Assembly (NCBI GenBank): GCA_964649185.1 | Contig: CAZYOO010000001.1 | Span: 34,465 to 98,464 of the forward strand | DNA from: an uncultured Dehalococcoidales bacterium | GTDB taxonomy: Bacteria > Chloroflexota > Dehalococcoidia > E44-bin15 | Length of the DNA stretch: 64,000 bases | Reading direction: 5' to 3' | Shown: positions 54,868 to 63,936 of the stretch, piece by piece | Layout of the letters: every line of letters starts with the position of its first letter | Numbering within the stretch: the first letter of the stretch is position 1 | Made by a program: the position numbers and the translations under genes | Notes under the pieces: generated by a model | The model's input: the letters and a program-made list of their open reading frames with translations, nothing else | Database searches by the model: none | Told to the model about the DNA's origin: nothing

Positions 54868-55635
54868 CTATTTCGGCGGCATGCGGATGGCGCCGTCGAG
54901 CCGTATCGTCTCGCCGTTGAGGAAGGAGTTCTCGACTATCTGCTGTGCCAGCATGGCGTACTCGTCGGGATTGCCGAAGCGCTTGGGGAACGGTATCTGC
55001 GCCGCCAGCGCATCGTTCATCTCTTTCGGCATCATGCCGGTGAGCGGGGTGGCGAAGGGGCCGGGAACGATGGTGCAGCACCTTATGCCCACCCGCGACA
55101 TGTCCCTGGCGATGGATAACGTCATGCCCACTACCCCGGCCTTGGATGCGCAGTATGCCACCTGTCCTATCTGCGGGTCGGTGGCAGCGATGGAGGCGGT
55201 GTTGACGATGACACCCCTCTCACCGTCCTCATTGGGCTCGTTGCTCTGCATATGAAATGCGGCCCAGCGGCAGACGTCGAAGGTGCCGATGAGGTTAATA
55301 TTCACTATCTTGATGAACATGTTCAGGTCGTGCGGCCCTTCCTTGCCGGCGATCTTGCCGACCCAGCCCGTTCCGGCGCAGTGCATCAGGATATGCACGT
55401 TCTTGAATTCCTGGAGCGCGCGTTTGAATCCCGCTTCCACCTGGTCGGGGCTGGTGATGTCCATTTGCACGAATATCGCCCTCGAGCCGAGCTCTTTAAC
55501 CATGGCCTCACCTGTGTCATTGTTCATGTCGGCGACAACGATGTTGGCTCCCATGACGTGAAGCCGCTTGACGGTGGCGGCACCCAGCCCGCTGGCGCCT
55601 CCGGTTACGAATGCGGTTTTGCCCTTGATCTGCAT
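54868..55635 (-). CDS. SDR-family 3-hydroxyacyl-CoA dehydrogenase type-2 (HSD17B10-like)
   Basis: 255 aa; TGGASGLGAA…NTASIAA…YCASKAGVVGMT…PFPKRFGNPDEYA…ENSFLNGETIRLDGAIRM is strikingly similar to type-2 HADH / 17β-HSD10. Confidence 0.75.
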   Translation of the reverse strand: MQIKGKTAFVTGGASGLGAATVKRLHVMGANIVVADMNNDTGEAMVKELGSRAIFVQMDITSPDQVEAGFKRALQEFKNVHILMHCAGTGWVGKIAGKEGPHDLNMFIKIVNINLIGTFDVCRWAAFHMQSNEPNEDGERGVIVNTASIAATDPQIGQVAYCASKAGVVGMTLSIARDMSRVGIRCCTIVPGPFATPLTGMMPKEMNDALAAQIPFPKRFGNPDEYAMLAQQIVENSFLNGETIRLDGAIRMPPK

Positions 55636-55783
55636 TGTCCCTCCCTTGTTATGTCGCTTGGTTGCGATTTGGACTGAAAGTCTATTCAGAGTTTACAATA
55701 TCCCAGGGATGGAAGCAAAGAGACAGCGCCGTCAAACTGACACAACGAGCTGGACAGCAGCCCAACGGTTCTATTTAACTTGC

Positions 55784-57427
55784 CTATTTCGCTGGCTGTC
55801 CTGCCGCATGACGTCCGGCACGCCGCCCGGCGAACACCCCGTCCGAGATGGATGTGCCGCTGGCGAAATAGACGTTGGAACAGAGCCCTATGGCATTGCG
55901 CCCCGCAGCGTACAGCCCCTCGATCGAGGAGCCGTCCGCCCGCTTGACCTCCCCGGTCTCTTCATTCACCAACAGCCCCCCCAGCGTGAGGGCCGCGGTG
56001 GGGATGCCACCCTTGGTCAATGTCGCGGAGAACCCCTGCAGGGAGCAGTCCAGCCCGTAGAACGGGGGCGTGATCTGCGGCACGAAGCGCTGCTGCATCT
56101 TGCCCAGCGGATCTGGCTCGCCCTTGGCGGCGGCCTCGTTGTACTGCTTCATGGTGGCTTCCAGCCCTTCGGGTGAGATGCCGAACTTCCGTGCCAGCTT
56201 GGCAATCGATGGGGCTTTCTTGCGGCTGATCATCAGCATGGGTATCATGGTCAGCTTCTGGAAGAAGGCGCACTGATCGAACAGATGGCTCTTGGCCTCC
56301 TTGTAGGTATTGCTGTCGAATACCAGGTAGGCGTTTCCTCCGCCGTCGTACACGATGTAATCGCCCTGCTTGCCGCCGTACAGGTCCTCGCTGCATATGC
56401 GCTTACCGTCCCTGTTAACCAGCACGCCCTGCATCAGCGCTTCCGGCGGTACGTAGAAGCGCCACGCCGACATCTTGTCCATGTTGGCGGCGACGCCTCC
56501 CACGCTCTCCCCCAGCGCGATGCCCGACCCGTCGTCGGCATAGGTGCCCAGGGGTAGGCACCGACAGAAGACGCTGTTGCACTCACCGACCCTCTTCTTA
56601 TTGAAGATGAAGCCGCCGGCGGCCAGTATGACGCCCTTGCGGGCCCGCGCGCGGTAGGGACGGGAGCGCACCTTCATCATGCCGAGGGCCAGCATATTGA
56701 GCAGGCTGGCCAGCGGGGGGAAATAGGTATTGAGCTTGGCGTTTATCCAGGTGATGCCGCCGTGGAACCGTCGGAGCAGTATGGCGCTGGGGGGCATGGA
56801 GCGCCCCTCCACCCCTATCACCCACCCGTCTTCATCCTGGACCAGCTTGAGCACGTTCGTCTGGCAGCGTATCTGGACGTTATCATAGCGGCGCAGAGCT
56901 TTCTCCATGCCGTGGAACAGGGTGAGGCCAGAAAGGCCTTTGCCCCTGGCGCGGTGGCCGCGCGGAGCGGGCTTGGCCTTGGCCTTGTTATGGGCGTTAT
57001 TCTCGCTGCCGGAGTAGTACAGGAAATACTTATCGATGGGGTAGGAGGTCTTGAACGGGCATAGCGCCCCTTCGAAGGGGACGCCGGCGTCGGCCAGCCA
57101 CTGGAGATCGTTCTTCGACTGCTCGCAGAAACGGCGCAGCGTCTCGTCGGTCATGACGCCGTCGCCGACCTCCTGCTTCAGGTAGTTGTACATATCGTCC
57201 ACCGTGTCCTCGACCCCTGCCGCCTGCTGGTATGGCGTTCCGCCGCCGGAGTAGAGGATGCCGCCGCTGGCGGCGGTGGCGCCGCCGCCGTGGAAGCGGT
57301 CCAGAACCAGCACCGAGGCCCCCTGCTGGGCAGCCTCCAGCGCGGCGCACGCGCCCGCCCCTCCGAAGCCTACTACGATAACATCTGCTTCAGCATCCCA
57401 TCGCTGGTCTCTTTTGTTAGCTGTCAT
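55784..57427 (-). CDS. FAD-dependent dehydrogenase of the FAD_binding_2 family (3-ketosteroid Δ1-dehydrogenase / fumarate-reductase-flavoprotein-like)
   Basis: 547 aa. The N-terminus DVIVVGFGGAGACAALEAAQQGASVLVLDR carries the dinucleotide fold, and the C-terminus reads GLYAAGRN…SGTSISDGVFAGRRAG. Confidence 0.65.
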   Translation of the reverse strand: MTANKRDQRWDAEADVIVVGFGGAGACAALEAAQQGASVLVLDRFHGGGATAASGGILYSGGGTPYQQAAGVEDTVDDMYNYLKQEVGDGVMTDETLRRFCEQSKNDLQWLADAGVPFEGALCPFKTSYPIDKYFLYYSGSENNAHNKAKAKPAPRGHRARGKGLSGLTLFHGMEKALRRYDNVQIRCQTNVLKLVQDEDGWVIGVEGRSMPPSAILLRRFHGGITWINAKLNTYFPPLASLLNMLALGMMKVRSRPYRARARKGVILAAGGFIFNKKRVGECNSVFCRCLPLGTYADDGSGIALGESVGGVAANMDKMSAWRFYVPPEALMQGVLVNRDGKRICSEDLYGGKQGDYIVYDGGGNAYLVFDSNTYKEAKSHLFDQCAFFQKLTMIPMLMISRKKAPSIAKLARKFGISPEGLEATMKQYNEAAAKGEPDPLGKMQQRFVPQITPPFYGLDCSLQGFSATLTKGGIPTAALTLGGLLVNEETGEVKRADGSSIEGLYAAGRNAIGLCSNVYFASGTSISDGVFAGRRAGRHAAGQPAK

Positions 57428-57458
57428 CCAATCCTCCTGTGCGGCGCACTAGAGAAAA

Positions 57459-57487
57459 AGTTTATTCTATCAGTCAGTGTGTGTCAA
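57459..57487 (-). promoter_or_regulatory. Promoter TTGACA-N17-TAAACT plus an AGGAGG RBS for the FAD-dehydrogenase/SDR genes
   Basis: Minus strand cgaacTTGACAcacactgactgatagaaTAAACT…cacAGGAGGattggATG. Confidence 0.45.
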
Positions 57488-57620
57488 GTTCGAAGGTCGC
57501 AACAATTTAGAGTGGGTGCCCGCGCATGACCTGAGAGGTGGCTCACATGATTGCACCCGTCGCCCATATTTCGATGGAGCGCTGCACGCAAGCCAGATCC
57601 GGTAAAAGGCATATCTATCC

Positions 57621-57650
57621 TTGACAGCACACTGGGGTACGTGATATATT
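57621..57650 (+). promoter_or_regulatory. Orphan consensus promoter TTGACA-N17-(A)TATAT(T) about 410 nt upstream of HMGCS-like gene 2
   Basis: ccTTGACAgcacactggggtacgtgATATATttc. Confidence 0.45.
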
Positions 57651-57999
57651 TCACAATAGATTTACTCTTGTCCTGCCGTCGGAGTAGCATGGACAACGTC
57701 TATCGAACAGATAGCTTGAGTGGCTGGGATGGCTTCCGGCCATTTCTTCGCACGAAACTGGTGGCAAGATGACATTCACCCTTGAAGGGATAAGGATATA
57801 CGGCCCTGCCAGCCTCCACCCTATCGATTTTCATTCCGCGATGTCCAATGGCCCCTGTGCAAATATTCCGAGCTCTACAGATTTAACCACAGATGCCGCA
57901 TCGCGCCTTGTACGATACTTTCATTCCTTTTCAATTCAGCCTACGGAATTGCCTCCCCGACGGGGATAGTTTAAGGGGGATTATCGGAGGAAGCGTTGA

Positions 58000-58028
58000 T
58001 TGACAAGCGAAATAAACTGACGTATCTT
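58000..58028 (+). promoter_or_regulatory. Promoter TTGACA-N17-TATCTT plus an AGGAGG RBS for module 2; same architecture as module 1
   Basis: TTGACAagcgaaataaactgacgTATCTT…AGGAGGgttgtATG. Confidence 0.5.
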
Positions 58029-58061
58029 GAATACTTGGGAATAAATCAATAGGAGGGTTGT

Positions 58062-59513
58062 ATGGTTGGAATAACCTCTTACGGAGCTTATGTACCATAT
58101 CATCGCGTGATAAGGGAAGATTCCTACAAGGCCTGGGGCGGGTTCCCTATCCCCGGCGAGAAGGCCATATGCAGTTACGATGAGGATGCGGTAACGATGG
58201 CCTGGGACGCAGCCACGGACTGTCTCGCTGGCGGTGACCCCAAGAAGCTGGGGGGCTTATACTTGGCGACCACCTGCTCACCGTACATCGAGAAGCAGTG
58301 TGCCGCGATCGTAGCAGCCGCTCTAGACATGGGTGACAATATCCGTACCGCCGATTTCACCAATTCGCTGCGTTGCGGCACCACCGCTTTGATCTCAGCC
58401 GTAGATGCGGTGAGGGCAGGCACGGCCAATAACCTGATGGTCGCCGCCGCCGATTGCCGCATGGGGGCGCCGGCGGGCATGGGAGAGGCGATGTACGGCG
58501 ACGGCGCCGCCGCCCTGCTCATCGGCGACAAGAATGTCATCGCTGAGGTGGTTGACAGCTACTCCGTCTGCGACGAGTACAGCGGAGAGTGGCGTGCTCA
58601 TAACGACTACTTCGTGCGCGCCTGGGAAGACCGTCACATGCTCGATGAGGGATACTCTGAACAGCTCCCGAAGGCGATAAACGGATTGATGAAGAAGTGC
58701 AAGCTTGAGGCCAAGGACTTCGCCAAGCTGGTGCTAAGCTCTCCCATGGATGTCCGCCGACATGGAAAGGTGGCGGTGGGCGCAGGCTTCGGCCTGGAGC
58801 AGATCCAGGAGCCATTCTTCATGACCATCGGCACCTGCGGCGCGGCGATGGGCATGATGATGCTGGTGGCTGCCCTTGAGGATGCCAATCCGGGCGATAA
58901 GATACTGCTGGCTCAGTACGGCAACGGTGCGGACGCTTTCCTCATCCAGGTGACGGATGAGATAAAAAAGAAGAAGACGAAGGCTCATCGCGGGATTAAG
59001 AGTAATGTGAACTCCAAGCGCATCCTGCCCTATAACACCTATCTGCGCTGGCGGGGGCTGGTCACAGTGGAGCGGGCACGTAGGCCGGAGATACCGTTCG
59101 CGTCACTGGCGGCGTTAAAGCGCAGCCGCAAGGAAGTGCTGGCGCTGTACGGCAAGAAATGCCTGAGCTGCGGTAACGTCCAGTATCAGATGCCTTTCGG
59201 CATCGGCGGCATGACCCCCATCAGGGTATGCTACTATTGCCAGACCAAGGACAACTTCGAGGATTACCGCTTCGCAGACAAGAAGGCTACAGTTTTCACA
59301 TACTCACTGGACCTGCTGTCTGACGTTATCGACCCGCCGGGCACACCGGTGTTCATCGACTTCGAAGGCGGTGGCCGGGGGTGGTTCGACATGACTGACC
59401 GCGACCCGGACCAGGTGCAAGTAGGCATGCCGGTGGAGATGGTATTCAGGAAGATGTTCTTCGACCGGGGCATACACAATTATTATTGGAAAGCAAGGCC
59501 GGTGCGGGCCTAA
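58062..59513 (+). CDS. HMG-CoA-synthase-like::DUF35 fusion protein, paralogue 2
   Basis: MVGITSYGAYVPYHRV…ADFTNSLRCGTTAL…; C-terminus KKCLSCGNVQYQ…RVCYYCQTKD…IDFEGGGRGWF. Confidence 0.7.
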   Translation: MVGITSYGAYVPYHRVIREDSYKAWGGFPIPGEKAICSYDEDAVTMAWDAATDCLAGGDPKKLGGLYLATTCSPYIEKQCAAIVAAALDMGDNIRTADFTNSLRCGTTALISAVDAVRAGTANNLMVAAADCRMGAPAGMGEAMYGDGAAALLIGDKNVIAEVVDSYSVCDEYSGEWRAHNDYFVRAWEDRHMLDEGYSEQLPKAINGLMKKCKLEAKDFAKLVLSSPMDVRRHGKVAVGAGFGLEQIQEPFFMTIGTCGAAMGMMMLVAALEDANPGDKILLAQYGNGADAFLIQVTDEIKKKKTKAHRGIKSNVNSKRILPYNTYLRWRGLVTVERARRPEIPFASLAALKRSRKEVLALYGKKCLSCGNVQYQMPFGIGGMTPIRVCYYCQTKDNFEDYRFADKKATVFTYSLDLLSDVIDPPGTPVFIDFEGGGRGWFDMTDRDPDQVQVGMPVEMVFRKMFFDRGIHNYYWKARPVRA

Positions 59514-59527
59514 GAAAGGAGGATGAG

Positions 59528-60709
59528 ATGCCAGAGAGTATCAAGGATAAAGTAGCAATAATCGGCATGGGCTGCACCAAGTTTGGTGAGCTGTGGGATA
59601 AGAGCTCCACCGACCTGATGGTTGATGCGGCATATGAGGCATATGAGGATGCGGGTGTCGAACCCAAGGACATCGATGCTGCCTGGGTCGGCAACTGGCA
59701 GGAGGTATCCGGGATGGCGGGGCTGGGGCTCTCCGGCCTCAGGCTGCAGTACAAACCGATAACCAGGGTGGAGAACATGTGCGCCACCGGCACGGACGCC
59801 ATGCGCAACGCAGCCTACGCCGTCGCCTGCGGCGCGTGCGACATAGCGCTGGCGGTGGGGGCTGAGAAGCTGAAAGATATGGGATATGCCGGCCTGATCT
59901 CCGTATCCCCCGGCGGCACTACCGCAACCGGAGGTATCACTACCACCGCGCCGGCGATCTTCGCCATGATGGCAACGCGGTACTTCTCCCGCTACAATAT
60001 ATCGCCGGACGACGGCAAGAGGATGCTGGCGCGGCTTTCGGTGAAAAGCCATCACAACGGCAACCTCAATCCCAAAGCCCACTTCCATCGTGAGATAACG
60101 GTAGAGCAAGCGTTTAATGCGCCGATCATAGCGTGGCCTCTGGGGCTGTTCGATTGCTGTGGAGTCTCCGACGGGGGGGCGGCGGCCATTGTATGCCGTG
60201 CCGCAGACGCCAAGAAGTTCAGGGATGATCCGGTATTCATTAAATCGGTTCGGATGTGCGTCGGCCCCGCCGAGGGACCGGTGAAGCCGGAGTATGACTT
60301 CACGCATGTAGAGGAGACCTACCGCGCCGGCCTGGCAGCCTACGAAGAGGCAGGTGTAAGGAATCCCCGCGAGGAGATCAGCATGGCGGAGGTGCACGAT
60401 TGCTTCTCCATCACCGAGGCTACTATCATGGAGGACCTGCAGTTCAGCCCACGCGGTAAAGTGAAAGAGGACATCGAATCCGGTTTCTTCGACCTGGATG
60501 GCGGGTTACCGGTTCAGCCTGACGGGGGATTGAAGTGCTTCGGTCATCCCGTAGGGGCGACCGGGCTGCGCATGATATACGAGATGTACAAGCAGCTCCA
60601 GGGGAAGGCCGGCCCTCGCCAGCTGAAGGACATCAATTACGGGCTGACACACAACCAGGGGGCCATGCCGCCGGCCTGCACCATCGCCGTTTGTATCGTA
60701 GGGCGGTAG
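59528..60709 (+). CDS. Thiolase (SCP-x/archaeal-type), paralogue 2
   Basis: MPESIKDKVAIIGMGC…VENMCATGTDAM…GHPVGATGLRM. ATG 59528 has an AAGGAGG RBS. Confidence 0.8.
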   Translation: MPESIKDKVAIIGMGCTKFGELWDKSSTDLMVDAAYEAYEDAGVEPKDIDAAWVGNWQEVSGMAGLGLSGLRLQYKPITRVENMCATGTDAMRNAAYAVACGACDIALAVGAEKLKDMGYAGLISVSPGGTTATGGITTTAPAIFAMMATRYFSRYNISPDDGKRMLARLSVKSHHNGNLNPKAHFHREITVEQAFNAPIIAWPLGLFDCCGVSDGGAAAIVCRAADAKKFRDDPVFIKSVRMCVGPAEGPVKPEYDFTHVEETYRAGLAAYEEAGVRNPREEISMAEVHDCFSITEATIMEDLQFSPRGKVKEDIESGFFDLDGGLPVQPDGGLKCFGHPVGATGLRMIYEMYKQLQGKAGPRQLKDINYGLTHNQGAMPPACTIAVCIVGR

Positions 60710-60730
60710 TCACAGCGGATATAACACCAA

Positions 60731-60773
60731 GCGAAGCGGCAGCCCTAACCGTTAAGGGGTTGGCCGCTTCGCC
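60731..60773 (+). terminator. 10-bp perfect-stem hairpin (GCGAAGCGGC…GCCGCTTCGC, 23-nt loop) after thiolase 2, followed by CGTTTATA
   Basis: Seen directly. Confidence 0.4.
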
Positions 60774-60931
60774 GTTTATAAGTCGACCTGGTGCTAGCGT
60801 TTGAGGTTACTCCAGGCAGCTTGCGCTAGTAGGTTGCCACTGACGATAGCCTGTGAGTGAACCTGTTCGATTAAGGAAATTCCGTCACGCGGCAATGCGC
60901 TAACTTATGCGGTTCCACCTTAAATAAATTG

Positions 60932-60971
60932 CCCCTGCCTCCAGATGGTTCCGCAACTGAACGAGCAGGGG
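60932..60971 (-). terminator. Terminator hairpin (CCCCTGC…GCAGGGG) followed by AATTTATTTAA on the minus strand, downstream of tRNA-Ala
   Basis: Seen directly. Confidence 0.4.
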
Positions 60972-60990
60972 TTCTTTCTATTGTCAACTA

Positions 60991-61066
60991 TGGTGGAGCT
61001 GGAGGGATTCGAACCCTCTACCTTTTGACTGCCAGTCAAACGCTCTCCCGATTGAGCTACAGCCCC
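60991..61066 (-). tRNA. tRNA-Ala (anticodon GGC)
   Basis: The reverse complement is a 76 nt cloverleaf GGGGCTG-TA-GCTC… with a G3:U70 identity pair, anticodon loop CTGGCAG, T-arm GAGGG-TTCGAAT-CCCTC, and an encoded CCA. Confidence 0.9.
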
Positions 61067-61154
61067 AGGTCGCATAAAGTTTAGCACAGCACCACGTGGA
61101 AATTCAAGACGGCCAGCGCATCCGGCACCGAGAAGCGCCGGCGAAGCTGGCAGC

Positions 61155-61183
61155 TTGACTTCAGCTACCTGCTTTGCTAGAAT
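61155..61183 (+). promoter_or_regulatory. Promoter TTGACT-N17-TAGAAT for tRNA-Val
   Basis: TTGACTtcagctacctgctttgcTAGAAT, about 20 nt upstream of the mature 5' end. Confidence 0.5.
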
Positions 61184-61203
61184 TAGCTATTGTGCTATCA
61201 GTG

Positions 61204-61280
61204 GGGCGATTAGCTCAGTTGGTAAGAGTGCTGCGTTGACATCGCAGAGGTCACTGGTTCAAATCCAGTATCGCCCACCA
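61204..61280 (+). tRNA. tRNA-Val (anticodon GAC)
   Basis: A 77 nt cloverleaf GGGCGAT-TA-GCTC…; anticodon loop TTGACAT; T-arm ACTGG-TTCAAAT-CCAGT; CCA encoded. Confidence 0.9.
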
Positions 61281-61314
61281 TGTTCCCGGTCCAGTGAAAC
61301 TGGTGACGCCTCTC

Positions 61315-61344
61315 GCCCCTCTCGGGTTCGAGGGGCTATTGCTT
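61315..61344 (+). terminator. Terminator hairpin GCCCCTC-tcgggttc-GAGGGGC followed by TATTGCTT, after tRNA-Val
   Basis: Seen directly. Confidence 0.45.
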
Positions 61345-61363
61345 AAGCAAAAGGTTAAACGAT

Positions 61364-63112
61364 ATGGCGGGTAAGTTAGAGGAAAGCGAGTATATAGAGC
61401 GCGTCAGGCACTCCACATCGCACGTTATGGCAGAGGCGGTGCTGGACATGTTCCCCGACGCCAAGTTCGGCATCGGCCCGGTGATCGAGAACGGTTTCTA
61501 TTACGACTTCGACCTGCCGCGTGCACTGACGCCGGAGGATCTGCCAGCCATCGAGTCAGCAATGCGCGAGATCATCGATCGTGATACGCCCTTCACGCAT
61601 ACCGAGCTGGATAAGGCGGAGGCCAGGCGGCTTTTCTCCGACCAGCCATACAAGCTCGAGCTAATCGATGAGATACCCGAGGATAAGGTGCACATCTACC
61701 AGCAGGGGGCATTCACCGATCTCTGTCGCGGGCCCCACGTAAGCTCTACCGGCGAGATAAAAGCGTTCAAGCTGATCAATGCGGCAGGCGCGTACTGGCG
61801 CGGCGACGAGAGGCGCCCCATGCTTCAGCGAATCTATGGCGTCGCTTTCGATACTGCCGAGGAACTGGAAGAACACCTGCACCGGCTCGAGGAGGCGGCC
61901 AAGCGCGATCACCGCCGCTTGGGACAGGATCTGGAGCTGTTCAGTTTCCACGAGGATGTGGGGGCGGGTTTGGTCCACTGGCATCCCCACGGCGGACGGA
62001 TACGGGTGCTTATCGAGGACTACTGGCGCCAGATGCATTACGAAGGCGGGTACGAGATCGTGTTCACGCCCCACATCGGGAGGTCAAACCTGTGGCAGAC
62101 CTCGGGGCACTTCGATTTCTACAGGGACAGCATGTACTCGCCGATGGATATCGACGGGCAGGATTATTACATCAAGCCGATGAACTGCCCGTTCCACATC
62201 ATGATATACAAATCCAAGTTGCGCTCCTACAGGGATCTGCCCCTGCGCTGGGCCGAGCTGGGAACCGTATACCGCTACGAGCGTAGCGGCACCCTGCACG
62301 GGCTGATGCGGGTTCGCGGTTTCACCCAGGACGACGCCCACATCTTCTGCACACCGGAGCAGATCGAGGGGGAGATCCTGCGCGTGCTGGATTTCAGCCT
62401 GAACATGCTCAGGGGCTTCGGGTTCGAGGATTTTAAGATTGAGCTCAGCGTCCGCGACCCCCGGAACCCGGGCAAGTATGCCGGCAGCGATTCAATGTGG
62501 CAGCAGGCCGAGAACTCGCTGATACAAGCGCTGGAATCACGCGACCTGCCGTACGAGCGTATAGAGGGGGAAGCGGTATTCTACGGCCCCAAGATCGACA
62601 TCAAGATCACCGATGCGCTGGGTCGCTCCTGGCAGTGCTCCACAATTCAGTTCGACTTCAACCTGCCTCAGCGGTTCGATATGACATTTGTCAGCGAGGA
62701 CGGCAAGGAGCACCGCCCGTACATGGTGCACCGTGCGCTGCTGGGCAGCATAGAGCGTTTCATCGGCTGCCTCATCGAGCATTACGCCGGGGCGTTCCCG
62801 GTATGGCTGGCTCCGGTCCAGGCTGTAGTCATACCGATATCCGACAGGCACATGGAATACGCGTCAAAGGTGGGAGCTGGATTGAAGGCCGCCGGCATGC
62901 GCATCGAGGTGGACTCCAGGCCTGAAAGGATGAACCTTAAGATCCGCCAGGCCCAGTTACAGAAGATTCCCTACATGCTGATCGTTGGCGATAAGGAAAC
63001 AGAGAGCGGCGGGATATCGGTCCGGCTCAGGAGCGGCGAAGATCTTGGGGGCCAGAGCACCGATGATTTTATCGAGATGGCCCAGAAAGCCATCGCCGCC
63101 AAAACGCCTTGA
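61364..63112 (+). CDS. thrS: Threonine--tRNA ligase lacking the N-terminal TGS domain
   Basis: 582 aa. It starts in the editing (N2) domain (…HSTSHVMAEAVLDMFPDAKFGIGPVIENGFYYDFDL…), with class II motifs and a C-terminal anticodon-binding domain. Confidence 0.9.
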   Translation: MAGKLEESEYIERVRHSTSHVMAEAVLDMFPDAKFGIGPVIENGFYYDFDLPRALTPEDLPAIESAMREIIDRDTPFTHTELDKAEARRLFSDQPYKLELIDEIPEDKVHIYQQGAFTDLCRGPHVSSTGEIKAFKLINAAGAYWRGDERRPMLQRIYGVAFDTAEELEEHLHRLEEAAKRDHRRLGQDLELFSFHEDVGAGLVHWHPHGGRIRVLIEDYWRQMHYEGGYEIVFTPHIGRSNLWQTSGHFDFYRDSMYSPMDIDGQDYYIKPMNCPFHIMIYKSKLRSYRDLPLRWAELGTVYRYERSGTLHGLMRVRGFTQDDAHIFCTPEQIEGEILRVLDFSLNMLRGFGFEDFKIELSVRDPRNPGKYAGSDSMWQQAENSLIQALESRDLPYERIEGEAVFYGPKIDIKITDALGRSWQCSTIQFDFNLPQRFDMTFVSEDGKEHRPYMVHRALLGSIERFIGCLIEHYAGAFPVWLAPVQAVVIPISDRHMEYASKVGAGLKAAGMRIEVDSRPERMNLKIRQAQLQKIPYMLIVGDKETESGGISVRLRSGEDLGGQSTDDFIEMAQKAIAAKTP

Positions 63113-63177
63113 TTTTTGCAGCGGGACATAGTATATTTCCTTTTTGTAAACCATTAAACGTTCGGAGGTAAATAAGT

Positions 63178-63750
63178 ATAATCAAGAAATACCGCGTCAA
63201 CCAGCAGATCACCGGAAAAGAGGTGCGACTGATCAGCGAAACGGGCGAACAGCTCGGCACGATGGCGCTTTATAAGGCACGTGAGCTGGCGAAGGAGCGG
63301 GGCTACGATATGGTGGAGGTCGCACCACAGGCCAATCCCCCGGTATGCCGCCTCCTAGATTATGGTAAATTCAAGTACGAGCAGACCAAGAAGGAGCGCG
63401 AGGCGAGGAAAAGGCAGAAATCCATCTTCCTCAGAGAGGTGCGGATGAGGCCCAAGATAGGTGTGCACGATATCGGATTCAAGACGCGCATAGTGCACAA
63501 GCTGATCGACGAAGGCGATAAGGTCAAAGTATCCATACTCTTCCGCGGCCGCGAGATCACCCATCCTGATTTGGGGAAGGACCTCTTGGACAGGGTCGCC
63601 GCCGACCTGGAAGGCAAAGCGGTGGTTGAGAGGGCTCCGGTCATGGACGGACGGCGCATGATAATGATCCTTGCCCCCGCCAAGCAGACTAAAGAAGCGA
63701 AGGATACCGACGAGAAGGGAAATACCGATGCCGAAGCTGAAAACCCATAA
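63178..63750 (+). CDS. infC: Translation initiation factor IF-3, probably initiating at an in-frame AUA/AUC codon
   Basis: The track ORF begins at GTG 63223 (VRLISETGEQLG), but the conserved IF3 N-terminus (IIKKYRVNQQITGKEVRLI) is encoded in frame upstream. A GGAGG RBS at 63164-63168 lies 9 nt before ATA 63178. Confidence 0.6.
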   Translation: MIKKYRVNQQITGKEVRLISETGEQLGTMALYKARELAKERGYDMVEVAPQANPPVCRLLDYGKFKYEQTKKEREARKRQKSIFLREVRMRPKIGVHDIGFKTRIVHKLIDEGDKVKVSILFRGREITHPDLGKDLLDRVAADLEGKAVVERAPVMDGRRMIMILAPAKQTKEAKDTDEKGNTDAEAENP

Positions 63751-63925
63751 AGCATCCAAGTGCCGATTCCACGTAACCGGCACCGGCAAGATAATGCGCA
63801 TGAAGGGCGGAAGCAGCCACCTCAGGCGCAGGAAGGCGCGCAGGGCTAAGATGCTCTACGACAAGAAATTGCCGCTGCACCCGACGATGAAGGCGCGCGT
63901 CAAGAGGCTCATTCCCTACGAATAA
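63728..63925 (+). CDS. rpmI: 50S ribosomal protein L35
   Basis: MPKLKTHKASKCRFHVTGTGKIMRMKGGSSHLRRRKARRAK…; it overlaps the infC 3' end. Confidence 0.85.
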   Translation: MPKLKTHKASKCRFHVTGTGKIMRMKGGSSHLRRRKARRAKMLYDKKLPLHPTMKARVKRLIPYE

Positions 63926-63936
63926 GGAGGATACAG

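Noticed and set aside
57505-57610. TPP-riboswitch-like sequence fragments (GGGTGCC…CCTGAGA…ACCC…CCAGATCCGG)
   Set aside because: The P5/pyrimidine-sensor helix cannot be formed. The segment lies upstream of both mapped promoters, so it is not in a transcribed leader, and no thiamine genes are nearby. It is probably chance.
57769-57969. 66-aa ORF (and the 73-aa and 70-aa ORFs) inside the 634-bp gap
   Set aside because: There is no third-position GC bias and no convincing RBS or domain; the region is treated as non-coding.
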